From a virus (lineage: Duplodnaviria; Heunggongvirae; Uroviricota; Caudoviricetes): 64,000 nucleotides of DNA. Location: positions 269,064-333,063 of IMG/VR virus record IMGVR_UViG_3300031998_000001; one strand, 5' to 3'. Numbering within the stretch: the stretch's first letter is position 1; the number at the start of each line of letters is the position of its first letter. Of the stretch, positions 30,342 to 39,469 are shown one piece after another. Under the pieces are notes generated by a model that was given only the letters and a program-made list of their open reading frames with translations, did not search any database and was not told where the DNA came from. Made by a program: the position numbers and the translations under genes.

Positions 30342-30351
30342 GGAGAAAGAT

Positions 30352-30606
30352 ATGGAAGGAAGAAAGATATACGACTACAGGTGGAGAGAGCCGTTCGGCA
30401 CGAACTGGTACACCACCCGATGCGAAGTGATAGGGGAGTACCCGAAGTCACTCAAGATTAAACTTCTCGGCTGTGGGAAGAACGGTATGCGCCCGGGCAC
30501 GGAACTCACCGTAAGGAAGGCTTCCGTCATCGGCTGGCAGGCTGAACAGAAGAAAGCCACAGCGACAGTTGACGACGGTTGGAAGGAATATACATACTTC
30601 TATTAG
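30352..30606 (+). CDS. Hypothetical protein
   Basis: 84-aa ORF tightly packed in an operon. Confidence 0.65.
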   Translation: MEGRKIYDYRWREPFGTNWYTTRCEVIGEYPKSLKIKLLGCGKNGMRPGTELTVRKASVIGWQAEQKKATATVDDGWKEYTYFY

Positions 30607-30609
30607 GAT

Positions 30610-31653
30610 ATGATAAGGGTGTTCACTACATTCAGCGGTTATGACAGCCAGTGCGTTGCGCTCGAAAGGCTCGGACTGGAATACGAACTCGTAGGCTGGT
30701 CGGAAATCGACAAGTACGCGATAGAGGCGCATAATGCGCTTTTCCCACAGTATGCCGAACGGAACTACGGGGACATAAGAAGCATTGACTGGTCGCAAGT
30801 TCCTGATTTCGACCTGTTTACTTATTCATCGCCTTGTACGGACTTCAGCATCGCTGGCTTAAAGCAGGGCGGTGAGAAGGGAAGCGGAACTCGCTCTTCG
30901 CTGTTGTGGGAATGCGAAAGGGCTATCTCCGAGAAGCGTCCGAAATATCTCGTTATGGAGAATGTCGCGACGCTTATGGGGGAAAGTTTCATAGACCTCC
31001 TGAACAAATGGCTCAAGACGCTCGAAGGCTACGGATACAAGAACTTCGCGAAACTCATCAACGCGAAGGACTACGGGGTTCCACAGAACAGACTGCGCAC
31101 CATAGTTGTCAGCATACATCAGGACGAGAACACCAAGTGGCACGAGATAATGTACAACTTCCCAGAGCCGAAAAGAACGAAGGGGAAAATGAGCGACATA
31201 CTCGAAAACGAAGTCGATAGGAGATATTATATCGGAATGGACGGCAAGAGTCTGGAAATAATACCGAGGCGCAATATGTACGAGTACGACACTTCAAATG
31301 TGATAGCGATGATTTCTGGAAAAGGATACGGCACGAAGTTCGAGTCCATAAGGCGGGTGTACGACATAAACGCCCTTGCGCCCACGATTACGACATACGG
31401 TGGCGGAAACAGGGAGGCGAAGATTATGCTTGAGGATTCGGACGGCAGGAAGTCGGTAAGGAAACTGACGGAGCGCGAATGCTTCCGACTGATGGGGCTT
31501 AACGACGCGGAGATAGACGCGATAAAAGCCACTGGTGCAAGCAGGACACAGCAGTACAAGATGGCTGGAAACTCAATCTGCGTCAACGCGCTCTCGGCTG
31601 TGTTCGACAAACTTTTCGTGCATACTGCGGACAAGGAAAAACGGTTATTCTGA
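30610..31653 (+). CDS. DNA (cytosine-5)-methyltransferase
   Basis: FSG, SSPC, MENV, QNR.R, RKLTEREC, AGNS motifs. Confidence 0.95.
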   Translation: MIRVFTTFSGYDSQCVALERLGLEYELVGWSEIDKYAIEAHNALFPQYAERNYGDIRSIDWSQVPDFDLFTYSSPCTDFSIAGLKQGGEKGSGTRSSLLWECERAISEKRPKYLVMENVATLMGESFIDLLNKWLKTLEGYGYKNFAKLINAKDYGVPQNRLRTIVVSIHQDENTKWHEIMYNFPEPKRTKGKMSDILENEVDRRYYIGMDGKSLEIIPRRNMYEYDTSNVIAMISGKGYGTKFESIRRVYDINALAPTITTYGGGNREAKIMLEDSDGRKSVRKLTERECFRLMGLNDAEIDAIKATGASRTQQYKMAGNSICVNALSAVFDKLFVHTADKEKRLF

Positions 31654-31676
31654 TAAATACTATATAAAGCCTATAT

Positions 31677-32405
31677 ATGGAGATAAGGGGAAAGGTACAC
31701 TGCTTCTTCGAGCAATCGGGAACATTCAAGAACGAGTTTATAAAACTCGGCATCCCAGCCGAAGACTACGACATACAGGACAACTTCGGTCAGACCGACC
31801 ACTTCGATGACTTGTTCAAGGCGATAGAGGATGCCTATGACGGCAAGCCGAGCCTGTTCGACGGCATATCGGAGGACGACCTGATATTCGCCTTCTTCCC
31901 GTGCATATACTTCTCGCCACTGTCCCAGATGTCAATGTACTGGACTTGCATCAACTACAAGTCAAAGACGACGAAGGAAACGACAGACCTCATACTCGAA
32001 AGGTCGCACAACAGGGAACTGTTCTTTGCCCTTGCGGTCAAGATGCTTGCCGTGGCGAAGATGAGAGGTTTAAGGCTCATTATGGAAAACCCGTGGGCTG
32101 AACAGACATTCCTCAAGGCTAACTTCGTGATGCCCCCTACGCTTGTCGATATGGACAGGAGCAAGAGGGGGGACTACTTCACCAAGCCTACGGCATACTG
32201 GTACATAAACTGCGAGCCGACGCACGGCATATCATACCAGAAGTCAAAGATACACAAGACGCACGACAGCACGAGGGGCAGCGGAACTGCTGGGATATGC
32301 TCGGAGGAGCGGTCTATGATTAGCCCAGACTACGCCCGCAACTTCATCTGCGACTTCGTGCTCGGCATAAAGCAGAAGGGAATATCATTCGACAGACTGT
32401 TTTAA
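31677..32405 (+). CDS. C5-cytosine methyltransferase-like protein (paralog of 5342-6127)
   Basis: Near-identical N- and C-termini to ORF 5342; FFPC and IMENP. Confidence 0.55.
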   Translation: MEIRGKVHCFFEQSGTFKNEFIKLGIPAEDYDIQDNFGQTDHFDDLFKAIEDAYDGKPSLFDGISEDDLIFAFFPCIYFSPLSQMSMYWTCINYKSKTTKETTDLILERSHNRELFFALAVKMLAVAKMRGLRLIMENPWAEQTFLKANFVMPPTLVDMDRSKRGDYFTKPTAYWYINCEPTHGISYQKSKIHKTHDSTRGSGTAGICSEERSMISPDYARNFICDFVLGIKQKGISFDRLF

Positions 32406-32416
32406 AGACAAGATAT

Positions 32417-33601
32417 ATGGAAAACAATATCACACCAATCGAAACAAAATTCTGGAAGCCGTCGGTGACTTCGCAGTTCAGGATATGCCCAGTGCCGTTC
32501 CACTTCGACACATACAGGGGATGCCAGTACGGTTGCCTGTACTGCTTTGCACGCGACTTCATCCAGTTCACAAGGAGAAACAGGGAAGGAAGCGAGCAAC
32601 ATCAGGCGTTCCTCGAAGGCAACTTCCCGAAAGGACTTGAACGATGGATAGAAAGGACGATGGATTCCGACTACAACTACGACAGGGCGGAGGAAGTGGC
32701 GTTCAAGGAAAGGATACCAGTGAAGATAGGCGCGACGGCAGACCCGTTCCCGCTGATAGAAAAGACAGCCCTCATAACGCACGACTGCCTGCGGGCATTC
32801 GACAAGTACGACTACCCAGTCCAGATTTCAACGAAGAACCCAGAGGTGTTCCTCGAATACGCAAGCGAGTTCGTCAACTCCAACATAGCACTGAATGTAA
32901 GTTGCAGTTTCTGTGACGATGACATTGCAAGGAAGATAGAAACTGGTGCAATATCACCGACAAGAAGATTCGAGGCTATAAGGAAACTCTCCGAAATGGG
33001 CTTCAGGATTACGGTCAGGATACAGCCGTTCATACTTCCGTATTCGAGCGATGTCGCCGAACGCTTCATAAGCACGCTGAAAGACTGCGGTGCGTGGGGA
33101 TTCCAGACGGAAGGCTTGAAGATAAGGGTAGTTCTTCCAGACAACGAACACCTCCTCTACGAGAAGATAGGTGATACGCTCGGCTTCGACATCATAGGCG
33201 ACTTCAAGGCAAAGGGGACGAAGGAAAGCGGCGACAGGGTTTACTGCGAGGACGACAAGCGGGCTATGCTCGCCAGATACACCGAACTGTCTAAAAAGTT
33301 CGGGATAAAGTTCTTTAACGCCGACAACCTCATCGACAAGGCATACGGAGACGGATGCGAATGCTGTGGCACGGAATTTTTGAGAGACCACAAGATATGG
33401 GGCGGAAGTTCGCGGGCGAGGATTATGGGCTATGACGAAAGTATGAACTCGGAGGAACTCGGCAAATGTCTCATCAACTTCACGCGGTCGCAGGCGAACG
33501 CAAGGAATACCATAAGGGAAGCAAGCGACGAATACTTCAGGCAGGAATTGAAGAGGCAGTGGAACGAAAACTTTGAACGGAACAGCAAGAAACTTTTTTA
33601 A
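32417..33601 (+). CDS. Radical SAM protein (spore photoproduct lyase-like)
   Basis: DTYRGCQYGCLYCFA (CxxxCxxC), GATADPF, STKN, RIQP. Confidence 0.85.
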   Translation: MENNITPIETKFWKPSVTSQFRICPVPFHFDTYRGCQYGCLYCFARDFIQFTRRNREGSEQHQAFLEGNFPKGLERWIERTMDSDYNYDRAEEVAFKERIPVKIGATADPFPLIEKTALITHDCLRAFDKYDYPVQISTKNPEVFLEYASEFVNSNIALNVSCSFCDDDIARKIETGAISPTRRFEAIRKLSEMGFRITVRIQPFILPYSSDVAERFISTLKDCGAWGFQTEGLKIRVVLPDNEHLLYEKIGDTLGFDIIGDFKAKGTKESGDRVYCEDDKRAMLARYTELSKKFGIKFFNADNLIDKAYGDGCECCGTEFLRDHKIWGGSSRARIMGYDESMNSEELGKCLINFTRSQANARNTIREASDEYFRQELKRQWNENFERNSKKLF

Positions 33602-33617
33602 CACAGGAGAAGCAAGT

Positions 33618-34202
33618 ATGAGTACAAATGCAAAGGAACTGCTCGGAAACTTCATAAAGGAGGCGGAGGACGAGGCGAAACTGCAAACCGAACTCGAAGC
33701 CGAATGGAACGAATACGAAAGCAGGAAGCAGGAGGGTGCATACGACTTGGTGAAGCGTATGTTTACAAACAGCGATGAGGTGTGGTACGACATCACGGAC
33801 TACGAGAAAACAAAGCAGTCGTTTATGATAAACCGCATATTCTCAATCCAGTACCCCGTAAGCGCAAACAATATGAACGCACTAAAGGCTAACCCTCTCG
33901 GCATAGTGGAAACTTGGCGACGGGTGGCACGGGCTTGGAAGAGAACTCCGCAATGGGTGTTTACAAAGGCGGAGAAAGCGGAGGCGACCAACCCGCTTAA
34001 AAAATTCAGCGAGGAAACGCTCCGATACTATATGACGGAACACTGGTGCGGGGAAAGGGAAATGCTCGAACAGTACAACCTTAACGGTGACGAGTTCCTT
34101 GAAGAACTCAAATATATCGAGGATTATGTTACGGGCAACAAGAGTGCCATAAAGGAAAAGAAACTGAAAAGGAGGAAAGGGAAGAACAATGGACATAACT
34201 GA
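33618..34202 (+). CDS. Possible clamp-loader small subunit (T4 gp62-like)
   Basis: FMINRIFS...ANNMN resembles gp62; weak similarity only. Confidence 0.45.
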   Translation: MSTNAKELLGNFIKEAEDEAKLQTELEAEWNEYESRKQEGAYDLVKRMFTNSDEVWYDITDYEKTKQSFMINRIFSIQYPVSANNMNALKANPLGIVETWRRVARAWKRTPQWVFTKAEKAEATNPLKKFSEETLRYYMTEHWCGEREMLEQYNLNGDEFLEELKYIEDYVTGNKSAIKEKKLKRRKGKNNGHN

Positions 34203-34866
34203 AATCAACAGTTCGATATGCTCGCTCGTACACGACATAGAGATACCGCTCGATGTGAAAGGTTCTATGGCGGACGCGGAAATGTACAGGCTCACAAGGG
34301 ACGAGGCGGTGACTATGTTCTCGCCAGAATACCTCAAGTTCCTGCTTGCCGACAGGAGAAGGGTGCTCTATGCGGTGGCTGTGAAACACAACAAGGACGG
34401 GGAACTTTTCTGCCTTGACGACAACATATACAGGGCTTTCAACTTCGTGGAGATTGCGCTCGCGCTCGATGTGTTCCCGAACCTTAACTCCGTGTCGTTC
34501 ACCACGACACCTCTCCCAGAGAACACGGACAGCATACTTACATTCACGGACGATGCCAATCCCGCACTCAACGCGAAGGTCGGAGTGTCCGCGCTCGGCA
34601 TAAGGCTTCGCGACTGGTTTGACGAAAAGGCGACGGACGAAATCAACAGGCAGGTATTCATACACAACGACAAGTTCAACAACGCGATGACGAAGGACAA
34701 CCTCATACTCATCAACCAGTTCGGAAGCCTGCTCGACATTTGTGCAAGCGCATACGCCTCTCTCGGCAGGAACACCGAGAACAGCACTATGCCCCTGTTC
34801 GACACCGTGCCGAAGGCTCTCGCCAGCACACCGACATTCATATTCACGGACTTCCTCGAAATATAG
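34189..34866 (+). CDS. Hypothetical protein
   Basis: 225-aa ORF in an operon. Confidence 0.7.
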   Translation: MDITEINSSICSLVHDIEIPLDVKGSMADAEMYRLTRDEAVTMFSPEYLKFLLADRRRVLYAVAVKHNKDGELFCLDDNIYRAFNFVEIALALDVFPNLNSVSFTTTPLPENTDSILTFTDDANPALNAKVGVSALGIRLRDWFDEKATDEINRQVFIHNDKFNNAMTKDNLILINQFGSLLDICASAYASLGRNTENSTMPLFDTVPKALASTPTFIFTDFLEI

Positions 34867-34892
34867 CAATAAATAGCCAATATATAAGCAAG

Positions 34893-36422
34893 ATGATAAC
34901 GGTCGAAATAGGAGAAAACAAGAAGCGTATGCTCATAACCAACTGCACGGAAAGCGAGTACAACCAGTTGAAGATGGACTATACGCGCAAGGCGGAAGGA
35001 TACAAGTTCAGCCCCCTCTACAAGAAGAAGATATGGGACGGCAACATAGAGTTCATATCTGGGGCAAGCCTCCCGATAGGGAGTTACGAATACCTGCGCT
35101 CGATATGCGAGAAGCACAAGTTTGAATTGAAGTTGAACGGGGTGGAGAACCTCTGGGACAACGAGATAACGCTCGAAAGTTTCAGGGCTTGGTGCGAAAG
35201 GTTCTTCGCGGACGGGATTATGCCCCGCGACTACCAGATTGAGGCAGCCTTCAACATATTGAAGTACAGGCTCTCGATAAGCGAACTCACCACTGGTGGC
35301 GGAAAGACGCTCGTGTGCTTTATGGTATTTGCGTACCTGTTCGATACGAAGAAGGTCAGCGGGAAAGTCCTTATGATAGTGCCGTCCGTGCAACTCGTGC
35401 TACAGGGCATAAAGGACTTCAAGGAATACAACAGCGAGAAACTCCCGATAAAGGTCGGGGGAGTGTGCGGAGGTCAGAAACTCAAGGGGGACGAGAACAT
35501 AATAATCGGCACATACCAGTCGCTCGTCATCAAGGTCAACGAAGGCTCTGACCTGTTCGGGAAAACCTCGATAGTGGTCGTGGACGAAACCCACAAGTTG
35601 CCAGCGAAGAGCATAAAGACCGTTATGGAGCAACTGTGGCACTGCGACTACCGATTCGGCGTGACGGGAACTCTCCCGAAGGAAAAGTCGGCGGAGTATC
35701 TAACCCTGCTCGAATACTTGGGTCCGAAAGTGACGGACATAAAGGCGAAGCAGTTGCAGGAACTCGGCTACATATCGTCCTGCAAGATAACCCAACTCAC
35801 GCTCGACTACGCGACGGACGAGGCGAAGGCGAACCTCGGCAACGCGATAAAGTACCTGCGCGGGGTAAAGAAGGGTGCGGAGGCACTCGCGCTCGAACGC
35901 AACTTCGTCATAGAAAACGAAAAGCGTTTCAACTTCATAATGAAACTCATAGGGAAATGCACGAAGAATACGCTCGTGCTGTTCCACCACATCGAATACG
36001 GCAAGCGGATGTACGAGAGGCTCAAGGATATTATGCCCGAAAGGAACATATACTACATAGACGGTGCGACCGCAAAGGAGACGAGGGAGAAAATCATAGC
36101 CGAGATGAACAGGGCTAACGACGGCTCTCTGCTCGTCGCGTCATACCAGACATTGAGCACTGGCGTATCGTGCAACCAGATTTCCAATGTGATGTTCACC
36201 GAGAGTTACAAGAGCCTCTTTATGGTAATCCAGTCCATAGGTCGTGCATTGAGGTTGAAGGACAAGGAGGATGCCGAAAAGAACAAGGCTACAATCATAG
36301 ACATAGTGGACGACCTGCGCTACGGCTCTGTGTCCAACTACACCTATGTCCACGCGATTGAGAGGAGAAGGCTCTACAAGCAGTACGAGTATCCGTTCAC
36401 GGTAAAGAACATAAAGTTCTGA
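34893..36422 (+). CDS. uvsW: UvsW-like SF2 helicase
   Basis: WDG, PRDYQ, TGGGKT, DETH, TGT, QSIGRALR, DIVDDL. Confidence 0.92.
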   Translation: MITVEIGENKKRMLITNCTESEYNQLKMDYTRKAEGYKFSPLYKKKIWDGNIEFISGASLPIGSYEYLRSICEKHKFELKLNGVENLWDNEITLESFRAWCERFFADGIMPRDYQIEAAFNILKYRLSISELTTGGGKTLVCFMVFAYLFDTKKVSGKVLMIVPSVQLVLQGIKDFKEYNSEKLPIKVGGVCGGQKLKGDENIIIGTYQSLVIKVNEGSDLFGKTSIVVVDETHKLPAKSIKTVMEQLWHCDYRFGVTGTLPKEKSAEYLTLLEYLGPKVTDIKAKQLQELGYISSCKITQLTLDYATDEAKANLGNAIKYLRGVKKGAEALALERNFVIENEKRFNFIMKLIGKCTKNTLVLFHHIEYGKRMYERLKDIMPERNIYYIDGATAKETREKIIAEMNRANDGSLLVASYQTLSTGVSCNQISNVMFTESYKSLFMVIQSIGRALRLKDKEDAEKNKATIIDIVDDLRYGSVSNYTYVHAIERRRLYKQYEYPFTVKNIKF

Positions 36423-36459
36423 TGCCACACAATATATAAATAAGTTATATATAAGCGAA

Positions 36460-36690
36460 ATGAAAGCGAGAAAAAAGGAAATATCACTTCCGCTGTGCTA
36501 CCTGAACATCAGCGAAGCGGAGCAGAAGAAGGCGCAGAAATTCATCAGGGAGCGGATGAAATCCGAGGGAATTTCGCTCCAAGACTTCTCGTTTTCGTTC
36601 GACGACACTTCGGGAATAGGCGTGGGAATATCCATTACATTCACGAAAACAGGTGAAACACAGGACATTACGGACTACGGAAGGTGGTAG
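36460..36690 (+). CDS. Hypothetical protein
   Basis: 76-aa ORF after TATAAATA; FDDTSGIG...DITDYGRW. Confidence 0.7.
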   Translation: MKARKKEISLPLCYLNISEAEQKKAQKFIRERMKSEGISLQDFSFSFDDTSGIGVGISITFTKTGETQDITDYGRW

Positions 36691-36711
36691 TGAAAAAAAA
36701 TGAAAATTTTT

Positions 36712-36742
36712 CTGAACTTTATTGGGAAACCCAATATATTAG
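36712..36742 (+). promoter_or_regulatory. Class A promoter heading the tRNA/CRISPR/ncRNA island
   Basis: CTGAACT-N14-AATATATTAG. Confidence 0.75.
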
Positions 36743-36920
36743 TAGTGAAGAAAGATTGGTCGGAACGACAAGCCAAGCAAAGCACAAGAGGTGAAATCGG
36801 GAAGCCAGTCCGAAATCGACAGAAGGTCTTTGAAATGTTGACACAGCCCAAAAATACAGGAAACCGCTTCGGAGCGCAAAGTGCTTCAACGGGTGCAACG
36901 GAGAGGCTTCCTTTAGACAA

Positions 36921-37025
36921 GTACGGGTGGCAGAGTGGCTGATTGCGCCGCTCTTTGCTCGCCGAAAGGCAAGCGGGGGCGGTATGGGCGCAAGCCCATC
37001 GGAGGTTCAAATCCTTCTCCGTGCT
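36921..37025 (+). ncRNA. tRNA-like RNA (type II body) with anticodon arm extended by a GCC-GAAA-GGC hairpin
   Basis: Acceptor GTACGGG/TCCGTGC, D arm, long variable arm, GGAGG-TTCAAAT-CCTTC T arm; no 7-nt anticodon loop. Confidence 0.7.
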
Positions 37026-37097
37026 CACTTTTTCAATTTTTCATTTTTTTCATTTTTTCATAGATTGGTTTTATTTTGTGAAGGGCGTATCAAACGG

Positions 37098-37336
37098 TTC
37101 AATAAAATTTAATAGATTTTATAAACAACCAATAAACCCAACAACGCCTATTGCATTATGGTTGCCTTAAACCATAAGCGTATAAATAATAAGGCGAACG
37201 AACAATAGGCAGCCGTACTGCCGAATTTAAGCCTGTGGACTGCCCGACTATGGATGACCGTTCAGCAATGAACCTAAAAAGTAGTGGCAGGATGAAGCAG
37301 GAAGGAGAAACTGATTTATTAGGTTTTTCCATACGG
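37098..37336 (+). mobile_element. Non-autonomous IS607-like element retaining a TnpB 3' end/omegaRNA scaffold
   Basis: ACGG at both junctions, AT-rich left end, TnpB-tail-like reading GERTIGSRTAEFKPV...MKQE; removal restores hairpin AAGGGCGTATC...GATACGCCCTT. Confidence 0.6.
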
Positions 37337-37358
37337 TAGCGATACGCCCTTTAAAGGA

Positions 37359-37440
37359 GGGAGAGTCGCGTAGTGGCAATCGCACCTGACTGTAAATCAG
37401 GCGGGGCAACCCTTCGGAGGTTCGAGTCCTCCCTCTCCCA
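37359..37440 (+). tRNA. tRNA-Tyr(GTA)
   Basis: Cloverleaf, CCTGA-CT-GTA-AA-TCAGG, long variable arm. Confidence 0.95.
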
Positions 37441-37575
37441 CGATTTGATTTTGTTTTGTGTGTAGAGGTGCTGTCGGACGACGACATTGCTCGCACAGCA
37501 CCTTTTTGGTTTTTAGGATTATATTTTTCATTTTATATTATTTTTTAATCTTCACACCTGTCGTTCCGACAGGTG

Positions 37576-37665
37576 GTCATCTTCTTCCAACGGCAGGAAA
37601 CCACCCCCGATGCCGAGCAGTCGGATAAAGGGGAGGAAATGCGGGTTCGATTCCCGCAGGTGGCA
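37576..37665 (+). ncRNA. tRNA-like RNA with anticodon arm extended by a CCGA-GCAG-TCGG hairpin
   Basis: Acceptor GTCATCT/AGGTGGC, D arm TTC...GAA, T arm GCGGG-TTCGATT-CCCGC. Confidence 0.7.
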
Positions 37666-37697
37666 CAAACTTTTTAGATGTCAAGTAGGAGTATAAC

Positions 37698-37825
37698 GGG
37701 CTATGGTGAATTGCACTGAATCAAGAAAGCATAAAAAATCCAACAACAATGTCAAATAACAGGGTGTCTGCCTCTTAAAAGTTTCTTGAGCCGAAGGACA
37801 CCGTATGCGATGAAACCGTACGCCC
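37698..37825 (+). ncRNA. Pseudoknot/triplex RNA motif, copy A
   Basis: TCAAGAAA/TTTCTTGA and GGTGTCT/GGACACC crossing helices inside an outer stem. Confidence 0.7.
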
Positions 37826-37860
37826 AATGTACTCTGAAACTCGTCAAGTCAAACGCAAAC

Positions 37861-37984
37861 GGGCTGGCAGGGCGGTGAGATGCACTGAATCAAGAAAAGA
37901 ATAATGGTACATACAGCAAGGGTGTCTGCCTCTTTAAAAGTTTTCTTGAGCCGAAGGACACCGAAGGCATCGAACCGCAAGCCT
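37861..37984 (+). ncRNA. Pseudoknot/triplex RNA motif, copy B
   Basis: Same core as copy A, covarying outer stem, different loop. Confidence 0.7.
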
Positions 37985-38162
37985 TATCCGTAACACCAAG
38001 CACCCCCCTCACACCAGATTTCCGAAGTTACAAATTCGCTGTCTGGACGCGGTGGTGCGAAAAGTCAAGCGCAAAGTACAAGCGTGTACCAGTGGAACTC
38101 TGGCGTTCCGCAGAAATGCGGGGAATAAGCAAAGGCGGTACGATAACCCGCCCAACCCACCA

Positions 38163-38239
38163 CGCACCGTAGCATAATACTGGCAGTGCAAGGACGCTAA
38201 ACCCGTCCTGAAGTCCTCGTTCGAGTCGGGGCGGTGCGG
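38163..38239 (+). tRNA. Atypical tRNA, apparent anticodon AAA (Phe?)
   Basis: Acceptor CGCACCG/CGGTGCG, normal T arm, 6-bp anticodon stem with CT-AAA-CC loop. Confidence 0.55.
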
Positions 38240-38245
38240 CAATAT

Positions 38246-38321
38246 TGCGGGGTAGAGCAGTTGGTAGTTCGTCAGGCTCATAACCTGAAGGTCGGCGGTT
38301 CGAGTCCGCCCCCCGCTACCA
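38246..38321 (+). tRNA. tRNA-Met(CAT), initiator-like
   Basis: Unpaired 1:72, TCAGG-CT-CAT-AA-CCTGA, encoded CCA. Confidence 0.92.
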
Positions 38322-38557
38322 TCTTATAACATTTTGGTAGAAAACCACCCAGACACGAAGAGTTAAATACCCGTGGAAGTCGGGCGCGTGTCGCCAGCAA
38401 CGGCACGCGGAGCGGGTGGTTATTAAAGAGCGCAACCGTTTTTAATTTCATAAAATTTCCGCCACCCTACGGGTTATCGTGGCGGTTTTTACACAAACGC
38501 ACATTGCCGACAACAGGTTTCGGACAAAATTTCCGAAGCGGAAGGCAATGTCGGAAA

Positions 38558-38585
38558 CTGGATATAAGCAAATTACACATATCGT
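38558..38585 (+). promoter_or_regulatory. CRISPR leader-proximal sequence shared by both arrays
   Basis: 26/28 identical to 42528-42555, abutting the first repeat in each array. Confidence 0.7.
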
Positions 38586-39146
38586 ATTGTTGTGGCATAC
38601 CGTATTACGGGTGCTGACAACTTTGCAGCGTGGAGGTGCAAGGCACTGGAAATTGTTGTGGCATACCGTATTACGGGTGCTGACAACTTCGGAGACAGCC
38701 ATTCGCAGATACCGTAATTGTTGTGGCATACCGTATTACGGGTGCTGACAACATATTATACAATTTCAATATATTGTGAATTATTGTTGTGGCATACCGT
38801 ATTACGGGTGCTGACAACACTCCCTGCTCACCACATACGAACATTACGATTGTTGTGGCATACCGTATTACGGGTGCTGACAACCATCAATGAATTGCTG
38901 AAAGTCTATTGTTTATTGTTGTGGCATACCGTATTACGGGTGCTGACAACTGCAAGAGCGACAAGTGGAATGATGAAATTGTTGTGGCATACCGCAGGGC
39001 GGATGCCGACAACTACCATAGGCGAGCAAATCTGGAAGTTATGGATTGTTGTGGCATACCGTATTACGGGTGCTGACAACATATACCTTTGCCGCTCGTT
39101 CAACAGTCAAATTGTTGTGGCATACCGTATTACGAGTACTGACAAC
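38586..39146 (+). CRISPR. CRISPR array 1: 9 repeats of 36 nt (ATTGTTGTGGCATACCGTATTACGGGTGCTGACAAC), 8 spacers of 27-31 nt
   Basis: Repeats start at 38586, 38652, 38717, 38783, 38849, 38915, 38978 (variant), 39045, 39111 (variant). Confidence 0.98.
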
Positions 39147-39433
39147 CGAGGTGAAACGATATATCCTCGCGGGGCATCTGGGTCGAGCCGACTTGTTCGG
39201 CTTAACGAGAACGGCAGACAGCGTTCCAGCCCCGAAATCTCCCGATAGGGGGAAGCGCGTTGTGCGCAAACCATAAGACAGGTCTGCTCCCCAATCTGGA
39301 AAGGGGCTTTAAACGGAGACCAGCATCAGACGGACGGTAGGGCATCTGGTGAAACTTACAGCACGCCCCCAATTCGCAGGGGGAACTTTGCCATCGGCTC
39401 GCTGTGGTCGCGGTGCTCCGATTATCTACAAGT
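39147..39433 (+). ncRNA. 287-nt structured segment bracketed by CRISPR repeats
   Basis: Several perfect stems (CGAGG/CCTCG, CGGGGC/GCCCCG, AGCCGA/TCGGCT, GAACG/CGTTC, AGCAC/GTGCT); no credible ORF. Confidence 0.55.
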
Positions 39434-39469
39434 ATTGTTGTGGCATACCGTATCACGGGTGCTGACAAC
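39434..39469 (+). CRISPR. Isolated CRISPR repeat (TATCACGGG variant)
   Basis: 35/36 match to the consensus repeat. Confidence 0.9.

Noticed and set aside
37698-37984. HDV-like/theta ribozyme interpretation of the pseudoknot motif
   Set aside because: Helix order and CGAA are reminiscent, but there is no P3/L3 or G1.U pair, copy C has TGAA at the would-be catalytic C, and the copies do not abut tRNA 3' ends.
38163-38239. Amber suppressor reading (CTA) of the atypical tRNA
   Set aside because: CTA is not centred in the loop and would lack U33; the centred triplet is AAA.
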